The position numbers and the translations under genes are program-made. Positions 53,931 through 64,000 of a stretch of DNA of 64,000 bases are shown here, piece by piece. This DNA is from Negaprion brevirostris. Taxonomy: Eukaryota. The notes under the pieces were generated by a model. It was not told where the DNA came from. It saw only the letters and a list, made by a program, of their open reading frames with translations, and searched no databases. The number at the start of each line of letters is the position of its first letter. Position 1 is the stretch's first letter. The DNA lies in contig JARDVH010000031.1 in NCBI GenBank assembly GCA_030324005.1, positions 6,562,388-6,626,387 on the forward strand, given 5' to 3'.

Positions 53931-54489
53931 CCTAGGAGAGTTACTCGGTGACCACATATCTCACTAAATAATCCCAATGTCCAGCATAGTCAAACTCTGG
54001 AACTCCAGTTTCCTTCGCAGTTTGAAGATATTCAGATGAAATTCTTGGAAATGTTTGAGTTTCAAATTTAAAAATGTATTTGCAAAATACTTTTTTTGCA
54101 AAAATTACAAAAAAACAGGTTCACCAATTTTGAGATACCTGAAGTCTTGAAAACTCAGGGATTCGAACTCCCTTCAAAGAATTTTCCCTTTGATGGCGGT
54201 TAATTAAAGTTGACAGCTGGGGTGAATGTTACCATCACCAGCTGCAGCTTTGAAGTTGGGAGTGTTTGTAAAATGCAGCGTGTGGCCTGCCTCTGTCTAC
54301 CCGCTCACTCCCGACCTATCTCCCATTGTACTGGGTCAGTGGAGTTGTTCGCCCTTAAACCTATTGAAGTCCTTAAGTAGCCAATCCATTTATGCGCCTC
54401 ATCCCAAACCTGCCACTATTTTGCTTGCAGCAGAGGAAGGTTCATACCACATGGATAGCCTGGCACCTGATTTGAATTAATTTATTCTT

Positions 54490-55085
54490 ACCACATGTAT
54501 TCATATACTATAAAAAGTATAGTTTTGCAGCTAGGGTGCAGAGAAGGATCAACGTAACATGAAGTACGTCCATTCAAAGTCTGATGGCAGCACCCGTTCT
54601 TGAGTTGATTGGTATGTGTCCTCAGCCTATTGTATCTTTTTCTCAATGGAAGAAAATGAAAGAGAGTATGTCTGGAGTGCATGGGGTCCTTGATTATGCT
54701 GGCTGCTTTTTCTGAGGCAGTGGGAAGTGTGGACAGAATCAATGGATGGGAGGCTGGTTTATACAATGGACTAAGCTTCGTTCATGACCCCAGCTTCATT
54801 CACAACCTTTCGTAGTTTATGGTGGTCTTGGGCAGAGGAGGAGCCGTACCAAGCTATGATACAACCAGAAAGAATTCTTTCTATGTGCACCTGTAAAAGT
54901 TGATGAGAATCATAGCTGACATGCCAAATTTGCTTAGTCTTGTGACAAAGTAGAGGCGTTGGTATGCTTTCTTAACTATAGTGTCGGCTTGTGGGGACCA
55001 GGCAGGTTGTTGATGATCTGGACACCTAAAATCTTAAAGCTCTTGACCCTTTTTACTTCATCTGCACTGATGTAGACAGGGACCT
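54490..55085 (-). mobile_element. Rex1/Babar-like LINE 3' fragment
   Basis: KAASIIKDPMHSRHTLFHFLPLRKRYNRLRTHTNQLKN C-terminal motif. Confidence 0.7.
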
Positions 55086-55146
55086 GGAGGAGGTGCAGTT
55101 GACATTAGGAGGTCATGTGATGACATCTTCCTTAAAATGTCCAAGC

Positions 55147-55489
55147 ATAGAATCCCTACAGCGCAGAAAGAGACCGGTCAGCCCATCAAGTCTGCACCAA
55201 CGCTCCAGCAGAGCATTTTTAACCTGGCCCACCCCCCAGCCCTATATCCCTAATCCTACACATTTATCCTGCTAATCCCCCTGACCTAAACATCTTTGGA
55301 CTCTTGAGCAGCAATTTAGCATGGCCACTCCACCTAACCTGCACATCCTTGGTAGGAAGCTTGAGCACCTGGAGGAAACAGCCGTAGGGAGAACGTGCAA
55401 AATCCACACAGTCACTTAAGACCAGAATCAAACCTGGGTCCCTGATGTTGTGAGGCAGCTGTACTAACCATCTGCCACTGTGCCACCCC
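55147..55489 (-). mobile_element. HE1-type V-SINE
   Basis: Tail, core and head on the minus strand. Confidence 0.8.
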
Positions 55490-56072
55490 AAAGTCAGAGT
55501 TGGCAACCGTGCTAAGGCACCCATTTATTGAAAACAGTGAACAAGGAAAAAGTACCTGATACACATGATAAATAAAACTGGGATTCTTTACCAAACTGAT
55601 GAACAGCCAATAGATTTTAGGAGACTAATTTCAGCTCGATGAAAACCCAAACCTTCTGCTTCAGAAGGTTAGGGTGCACAGAGTTGGGGGTAGGGTGTTA
55701 CCGTGGATAGAGGATTGGTTGTCTAATAGGAAGCAGAGAGTTGGTATCAATGGGTGCTATTCTGATTGGCGGTTGGTGACTAGTGGAGTGCCGCAGGGAT
55801 TGGTGCTGGNNNNNNNNNNNNNNNNNNNNNNNNNNNNNNNNNNNNNNNNNNNNNNNNNNNNNNNNNNNNNNNNNNNNNNNNNNNNNNNNNNNNNNNNNNN
55901 NNNNNNNNNGAATCCTGCCTCAGTCAAAACTTTACCTCTCAGTAAGAGGTGAAAATATCCCTCTCTGTCACCACCACAGTCATTGGTTAAATCAGCAGCA
56001 CAGATAGTGGCTGCAAGGCAGCCTCACACAGAAACTGATCAAGAAAAAACTGACCAAGACTGTATTATAAAT

Positions 56073-56515
56073 ATGATATGGAAATGCTGGTGTTGGACTG
56101 GCATGGGCACAGTAAGAAGTCTCACAATATCAGGTTAAAGTCCTACAGGTTTAGTTGGAATCACAAACTTTTGGAGTGTTGCTCCTTCACCAGGTGAGTG
56201 GTCAGCTAGGTTTCACAAACACAGCAAATAGAGACAGAGACACAATTGCAAGATAATGGTTGGAATGCAAATCACTGAGCAGAAACTGATAGCCATATTC
56301 CACATGCATGAGGATGGCTTCAACCGAGATTTTGGGTTTATATCACATTACGTGTAACCCACACCATTTGGCCTGAACTTGCAAACTCCTACTAACCATC
56401 CTGGCTTGAGATAATTCATACCTCCTTAACCTGTCATTATCTCCCTCTCCACTCACACTGTCTGTACTTGTAAAGACTTGATTACTTGAAAAGACTCACA
56501 TTCAAACCATTACCT
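56073..56515. mobile_element. Penelope-like element with inverted terminal structure
   Basis: + strand EQKLIAIFHMHEDGFNRDFGFISHY (GIY-YIG C-terminus) preceded by an inverted copy of the terminal repeat. Confidence 0.7.
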
Positions 56516-56569
56516 TGGGACTAATAACTTAACTTTATATTTCTCTGGGAAACCTACAATACAACAAAC

Positions 56570-57530
56570 ATTTAAAAATTTCCCCTTTAATTGGCCTCAT
56601 AATTCCATTGATACTGGCTTCCAAACAAACGATGAGAGTGGAGATCCCAGTGAGAGTAGTTAATTCATCAAGTACAGTAATTTTTGACGTATTGTTGATG
56701 ATTTTATTGACAATTTTCTTTTTCATTTCAAGCTTATTTATTATCTTTTTATTAGTATCATCAGTTGGCTTACGTTAACACTGCAATGAAGTTACAATGA
56801 AAATCCTCTAGTTGCCACACTCCAGCTCCTGTTCGGGTACACTGAGGAAGAATTTAGCATGGCCACTGCACGTAACCAGCACGTCTTTCGGACTGTGGGA
56901 GGAAACCAGAGTCCCCAGAGGAAACCCACGCAGACACGGGGAGAAGGTGCAGAGTCCATACAGACAGTGACCCAAGCCAGGAATCGAACCCGGGTCCCTG
57001 GTGCTGTGAGGCAGCAGTGCTAACCACTGTGCCACCCTGGGTATATGATTGATTATGTCTACACAGACTATGCAAGAAACACCTCATTTCAATTCCATTG
57101 ATTTGCTGTAGGTCAGTGAGGCTCTTGTGATCACTTGTTTTGATTTGTTGACTTGTTTTGGCAATGTAATAAGCTGTACGGAATACACAAGTGGTAGTTT
57201 CAAATACCACTTGTTCACTTTTGGCATTCAGGTTAAGAAGAGTTTCATTCTTATCCATGGTTTGAATTTTTCCTAGTCTCATATGACGTGCAGATTTCTT
57301 GTGTTGATTTATTTTTTCAGGGGTTCCTCTCCTACAGCTCTTCTCTCTTCTTTCTGGGTGAGAATATTTCACGAGAGGCCAAGTTTTGAGCGATGTTAAC
57401 TCCTTGCTGAAGACAGTTTCAGGTTGGAGATGTCGTGATTTGCCATGCACCAATGTTTACCACCCGAAACAAAGATTCAGTAATTTTTATTTTTGAACTC
57501 CTCAAAAGCCATTTTTGATCACACAGCAGG
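56570..57530 (-). pseudogene. Fossil hAT transposase (KIAA1586-like) split by a V-SINE at about 56735-57038
   Basis: KINQHKKSARH...TTCVFRTAYYIAK...LTDLQQINGIEM..LHS / CVDIINHI [SINE] EMKKKIVNKIINNTSKITVLDELTTLTGISTLIVCL; frameshifted. Confidence 0.7.
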
Positions 57531-60123
57531 GTATGGCGGAGCCTCAGTTCCCTTACATGGCAATTCAGCAGATTCTGTCTGTGGTGGCTCACTCGCCTAA
57601 GCTGTAAGTGTCAATGTTTATTTCCCAGTGCATGATTTTATAGAAGCACGGAATCCCCACAGTGCAGAAGGAGACCATTTGGCCCATTGAGCCTGTGGCA
57701 ACAACAATCCCACCCTATCCCCAAAACGCCATGTATTTACCCTGTTAATCCCCCGACACTAAAGGGCAAATTACCATGGGCAATCAGCCTAACCTGCACA
57801 TCTACGTTATCTGCGAGTTTTTGGCGTGTATATTATTGCTTTTTGAAATGTTTGAGGTTCATTCAAACCACCCATGACAATAATCCAGTTGTGGTGTACC
57901 AATTACTAAAGACAATTTATTAAAGAGAAGACAAATATAGACGAACAGAACTATAACTATATAGGACACACAAACACGCTACACACAGTTTTATCGAGAA
58001 ATTCCCCCTCTTACAAACTATATCCCCAATAACTGAACTTGGTAAGACTTCCCCATTCCCCAAACAAAATTTACCCCAAACAAATCCATAAATTAGATTC
58101 AGATTATACATTTTCAGCTTGTTGCTGTTCTATTGGTCTATTCTTGTTCCTATTCGTCCTCATTGTTAAATCCCTTTAGTTAACCATAGATGGATCAGAT
58201 TTCCCAGGGAGATTTTAGTTGCTGTATAGAATATTGATTCATCGAAAAATAGTTTGTTAAGTATTCTTCTATGTTTACCTACCATCATTGCTTTTAATTT
58301 AATTTCTCAATCAACCTTAACCAATTTGCCCCTCACATCCATGCTCTATTTATTGTAAATACTTTGGTTTAGTTTAGTTAAAACCAGACAGTTAAAAGGT
58401 ATAAGAAGAAAGATGAGGATTACATAAGAACATAAGAAATAGGAGCAGGAGTAGGCCATGTAGCCCTTCGAGCCTGCCCCGCCATTCAATAAGATNNNNN
58501 NNNNNNNNNNNNNNNNNNNNNNNNNNNNNNNNNNNNNNNNNNNNNNNNNNNNNNNNNNNNNNNNNNNNNNNNNNNNNNNNNNNNNNNNNNNNNNNACTTA
58601 TTTAAACAGGTTTTTAACAGATAATTTCTTATCTGTCTCTCTGCTCCTTCACTCGTCTGCTCCAGCACACAATGTATTGTCTTAAGTGTTCTTGCTCCCT
58701 GTCAATGTAAAAGTGGAAGGATAATTTAAGTCTGGCTATTTTCTTTAATTTCGCCATCTCTTTTACTCTCCACAAAGACTGATGTACTGGGATATCCCAT
58801 GCAACAGGATAATGCATGTGAGTAAGCCAAGATAATAGAATCATAGAATCCCTGCAGTGCAGAAGGAGGCCATTCGGCTCATTGAATCTGCACTGACAAC
58901 AATCCCACCCAGGGCCTAACCTTGAAACCCCACGTCATCCCCCTGACACTGAGGGGTAATCCCACCCAGACTTTATTTACCCGGCTAATCTCTCTAACCT
59001 ACACATCTTGGGACACTAAGGGTTAATTTAGCATGGCCAGTCCACCTAATCATAATGAATGTAGTGGGTTAGCATAGCTGTTCTCACTCAGGGGATTTCC
59101 CATGGGATAGTGATCCAAATCTGAAATCCACTTCTCCACTCCCTACCCAAGGGCACTGAGGTCAGTCATGATGCCCACACTAATGCCTGAGTCAAGGCCG
59201 GTTAACCACACAGATTGTGAACTAAACCTGAGCCATGCCTAGTCTGTATGACTCACCTCCTCACTGCCTTAAGCAGCTGAGACAACTTATCATATTACAG
59301 CTCAAAGTGAAATTGGAAACTGATTCTAAGGTGTTACATTTTTCAGAAGCAACCCTTTCAGAACCAAGCATTGCTTTCAAATTAACATTGTGCTTATTGA
59401 AGCAGTAATCAGGATCAATGAGTAATTTTCCAATCTTCCCTGTTTTTGTCACCTCACCCTCTAGCTATTTATTGCAAACCATGCTATTCAATCATCAGGA
59501 TCTTTATAGTGGAGCACAATCATATGATTTATTTCTTTTTTTATAAGATTGTGTTCAGTTGTGATGACCCACACAACAGAACAGCCTGCCTTGACAGTCA
59601 GGCACTTTTCCCAATCTTCAGGATGTTTCAAAGCGTTTTAGGCCAATAATGTATCATCAGGAATGTGGCAGGAAACTTGAACAGAGCAAACTCCCACAAA
59701 CAACGATGTGACGAGTTTTGCGATGTTGGCTGAGGGATAAATATTGGCCAAGACACTGGGGATAATTCCACTGGGGAGTGAGATTTTTTTTACACCCTTC
59801 TGAAAGAGGAGATGAGGCCTGAAATCGACATCTCAGTCAAAAGATGGTCCCGTATAGCATTTCCTCGGTGCTATACTGAAACTCAGTTTGGGAAAATCTA
59901 AAACTAGAGGGTCACTGTTTAAAAATAAGACAGAGAGGAGGATAAAAACTTCCTTTCAAAATATCTTTGAGGCAGAAGTACATAGAGTCTTGATAAGCAG
60001 GGGGTGAAAGGTTATTGGGAATGCAGAGCTGATGTTGCAGTTAGATCAGCCATAAGGGGCTGAATGGCCTACTCCTCNNNNNNNNNNNNNNNNNNNNNNN
60101 NNNNNNNNNNNNNNNNNNNNNNT

Positions 60124-61830
60124 GTAGTAAGTGTGTATTTCCACACTGAGACCATCTTGGATACATCTGTGCTGGATCTACTCAATTTTCCGATGATCCC
60201 TTTGGTAATTTTCGCCACTACCTTGGCCTTTCCATTTGACTGTGGATAGTGTGTGGACGATGTCTTATGCTGAATCTTCCAATCATTTGTGACATGTCTG
60301 AATTCTACTGTGAAGGCCATTGTCACTCATCACACTGTCAGGAATGTCATGTTGATGAAGTGTGCCATCACCTTCTCCTCATCTCACTGGCAATTATTGA
60401 CGTCAGCTTCTCTACTCCTGGTAGTCCAAATAGTCGTTGACTGCAGGAAGATGATCAGTTCTGAAGAGAGTGAAAAGGTCAAACTCCAAGCTTCATCCAT
60501 GGTCTGTTTGGGAAGTCCTCAGGCATTTAGCTTGCTTAGCTTGATGTTCATTACACGCACTGCACTGGCTGCTGTGGGCCTTCACCTAATTGCTCGTGTT
60601 GACCAGCAGAGCACTTGACTTGCTTTCCTCAGGCTAGAATCAATTCCTTGATGGCTTGCATGGATGTGCATCAGCATCTCATTTCTCATCTCTTTTGGGT
60701 GGCACAGTGGTTAGCACTGCTGCCTCACAGCTCCAGGGACCCAGGTTCAATTCCAGCCTCAGGTCACTGTTTGGAGTTTGTACATTCTCCCCATGTCTGC
60801 GTGGGTTTCCTCCAGGTACTCCGGTTTCTTCCTGCCATCCANNNNNNNNNNNNNNNNNNNNNNNNNNNNNNNNNNNNNNNNNNNNNNNNNNNNNNNNNNN
60901 NNNNNNNNNNNNNNNNNNNNNNNNNNNNNNNNNNNNNNNNNACGGGGATAGGGCTTGAGGGTGGGGTTGTTGTCATTGCAGGCTCGATGGACTGAATGGC
61001 CTCCTTCTGCTCCTTAGGGATTCTATGATAGGGATATTGGGGCAAATTTTCTTGTTCCACCTGCCACAGGAATCGTATCAGGTGAGGAGCGAACTATAGA
61101 CCTTGGGCAGGATTTCCTGGTTTTGGGGCAAACGACGCCGGAGAATCCAGCCCAATGACTCTAGTTCCTTTGCACAAGATGCCATCTTAGGCAACCACTT
61201 CATCTCTGTCTGCCCAATACTCCCTTCCAGCAGCAGGAGCCCCCTGGATGGTTTCAGGCCATCCTTTCAACACTATTTCCTGTAGCATTTGGAGTGTTGC
61301 ACGTCATTGTGTCATTTGCTTGCTCTGAGCTGGATGCTTGTCTGTTAGATTCAACAGGGGAGAATTATCCGCCATGGGAATTGTAGCAGGTGGTGGGGGG
61401 GCTGGACCATGCAAATATCCGTTGACCTCAGGCGGGAGTTCCTGGTTTTGGGGTGTGCACGGTTGGACAATCTCAACCAATGTCTCTGCTGGATTGCTGA
61501 CTTCCAGAGCATGTTGTGGCATTGCTTCTCGCTGAATCTGGAACAGTTCATACTGTGTACTTGCTTCAGTAACTTCCTTCTGAGGGAGTTTGGCTCTGGA
61601 CATCCGGCATGTCAGTGATATACATCTTCTTTCACTTCTGATACCATATTTCGTGTGGTGGGAAAAATGGCTTCTGCACAAAGCCTTTGTTTCATTTGAG
61701 ATAGCCACAGCAGTCACATGACTAGGGCAAGCCACAGTGCACAAGAGGGAGCAGTGCGCAAAGGCATTCCTCCAAACACTGACTTGTGTCAGTTGGTCTT
61801 GGTCATAGATGTGATAGTTACAATTGTCTT
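60124..61830 (-). mobile_element. Degenerate Gypsy LTR-retrotransposon pol fragment with nested SINE (60697-61030) and MITEs
   Basis: Integrase WKIQHKTSSTHYPQSNGKAKVVAK and RPWMKLG; LQEIVLKGWPET...EYWADRDEVV..DGILCKG; MSRAKLP after the RNase H region. Confidence 0.8.
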
Positions 61831-63666
61831 CAATGCTTTAGCCCAGGTTAAAGAAAATTAGCCTGATGTCTTCTCAGGGCTGTAACATGAGCTGCACTTC
61901 ATTCATTCCTCCAACAGCCCAGTCACAAAGAGCACTGGAATTGGATTGCTGCCTTTCAGTACAACTTGACCAAGTACAAACCCAACAACTTTGAAACAAG
62001 CAGAATCTACAACAGAACAGTAACCTCGTTCCACGCTTGTGCATCTGATGCTGCATATTTGCTTCTTTAAAGTACGCTGGAAGAAGTTTGAAGCCAGTTT
62101 TTTTTGAACAAGTCCAAAACAGTGTACATTTGAGAGCTTAGAGTGTAGATATCTGAAGAATACAGCTACCAATTGCACAGTGAAGGGAATCGGGGATGTG
62201 CACAACGCCAGAATTGGAGGATTGCAGAGATCTCAGGGAATTGTGGAGTTGAAGGAGATTACAGTGGTAAGGAAGGGTGAGGTAATGGAAGGATTTGAAA
62301 ACAAGGATGAGAATTTTTAATATGCAATGTTTGGCAATGATGGGTGAATGGGACTTGGTACGAGTTAGGATACAGACAGCAGAAATTTGGCATAGCTTGA
62401 GTTTACGCAGGATGTAAGATGGAAGGCGAGCCAGAGCAACATTAGAATAGGCAGCTGTACTGGCACTGTGCCCTTTTACTCCAATAGCATCCTTCTTAGT
62501 CACCATTAACTCCAAAGTATCACCCTTTGTATATCCAGTCCTGCATTTAGTCCCAACCATCCATCATCTCCATTCATGCTGGGTCCCAATGCATCATCAT
62601 ATTCAATTTAAAATCCATGTCTCCACCTTCAAACCTTTCCACAGCCTTGGCCCACTCTACATCTTTTGTGAACTTGCTCCCATTCACCATATTCTTTGAT
62701 TCTCCTATATGGATCTTAGTGGCTACCCTTCGTCCTTCTGTTGATAGCACGGCCTTTCCAGAACATCTTCTCTGAACCCTCTGCCTCCCCATTCTTTTCT
62801 TTGTCCTTATAAACATTCACACAACCCATTTTGTGGACCACACTTTTCATCAGCTGGTCTCAACTCTCTTGCATTACGTTGTACCATCTCAATTTTATAG
62901 TTTCTTCTCTCTCCCCACTCTGTAAATTACCCATCATGATGCACTAAATGGTCTCCTTCAAGAGAAGCTACCCCACGTTAAATTTGCTCATGGCTCAGAT
63001 AGTAACCCAGAAGTTATTGTGTTTGTGGTTCTGCTTTGTTATTTAGCTCATACATTGTTAGCAGAATCTCTTCCTTAGTCTTAGCCATGTTGTTGGTAGC
63101 CACATGGAGCATGACATCTGGATCTTTCCCCTGCCAGTTCCCCTCCAGCACCAAGTAGGTGTCCTTAATCCTGGCACCAGGCTGGCAACACAGCTTTCAG
63201 GCTTCATATTTACTTTCCCTCCCAGTTCTGTAATTTCGTTCAATCTCACAACATTCCAAAATATTGGCACAAATCCTTTAATTATGACCTTTTGTGTTTT
63301 CCCAGTTATAATTGCTCCACCATTGGTGGCTGTGCCTTCAATTGCCCAGGCCTCATCCTCTTGAATTCCCTCTCTGCTTGTCTACCTCTTCACTCAGAAT
63401 TGTGAGTCTTTGTAATTCTTTCCTCTAAAGGATTTAGGGAGGAACTTTAAAAGTATGACACCTCGGTGGCTGAAGGCACTGTCTCCATTGTGGGCAAAGG
63501 AAAAGGGGAAGAAGAATCGGAAGAAGAAAGATTTCCATGGAATTAGTTGCTGGGAAGGAGAGAGTTGGGCGAATGGAAGGTGTTCCTGAACTGTAGGATG
63601 TTACAGATTGTATTATGAAACAAGGATAAGAATTTGAAGTATTAATGGACTACTAGTCAATATAGA

Positions 63667-64000
63667 TCATCATAGAATCCCTACAGTGCAGAAGGAGGCC
63701 ATTCGGCCCATCAAGTCTGCACCAACAACAATCCCATCCAGATCCTATCCCCATAACTGCGTGTATTTACCCTGGTAATCTGCATATTTACCTTGTTAAT
63801 CCCTCCCGACACTAAGGGTCAATTTAGTGTAGCCAATCCACCTAACCCGCAAATCTTTGGACTGTGGGAGGAAACTGGATCCCGTGGAGGAAACCCACAC
63901 ATATACAGAGAGAACGTGAAAACACCACACAGTCACCCGAGGCCGGAATTGAACCCGGATCCCTGGCGCTGCGAGGCTGCCATGCTAACCACTATGCCAC
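63667..64000 (-). mobile_element. HE1-type V-SINE (runs off the window end)
   Basis: catagaatccctacagtgcagaaggaggcc tail, V-core and tRNA head. Confidence 0.85.

Noticed and set aside
55621-55667. 47-nt AG...GT segment considered as LRRC46 exon 4
   Set aside because: Translation ETNFSSMKTQTFCFR lacks the NxIxxIENL LRR pattern, and the apparent donor lies at the edge of a CR1 fragment
59257-59460. Minus-strand ORF ending near a strong GAG|gtgagt donor; possible exon of a neighbour such as LIPH
   Set aside because: No frame stays open through to the donor with a recognisable product; no LIPH-like sequence was found in the window
61860-62160. Minus-strand 100-aa ORF with a ttcttcag acceptor-like site
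   Set aside because: No recognisable homology; it sits between Gypsy and L2 debris, so there is insufficient support

Overview
This is vertebrate genomic DNA, almost certainly from a shark or other elasmobranch, judged by its HE1-type V-SINEs, DeuSINE-like repeats and dense CR1/L2/Penelope fragments. It comes from a draft assembly with many N gaps. It contains the last three coding exons of MAP3K13 (+ strand) and a complete five-exon TMEM41A gene (- strand, 274 aa) with its CpG-island promoter at about 51.6-52.4 kb. The two genes lie tail-to-tail, as on human 3q27. The most unexpected signal is two intact, correctly phased exons of an LRRC46-like gene on the + strand inside TMEM41A intron 3; its remaining exons were not found and may lie in an adjacent 100-N gap. 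Also notable: a gap-bounded ~870 bp segment with a teleost-style, CpG-intact V-SINE (contamination or horizontal transfer), a GC-AG intron in TMEM41A, a perfect CpG-rich 22-bp tandem repeat, an inverted SINE pair, and fossil hAT (KIAA1586-like) and Gypsy elements. No prokaryote-type system (CRISPR, operon) is present. Gene identities come from recalled protein sequences, not a database search. Repeat boundaries are approximate.
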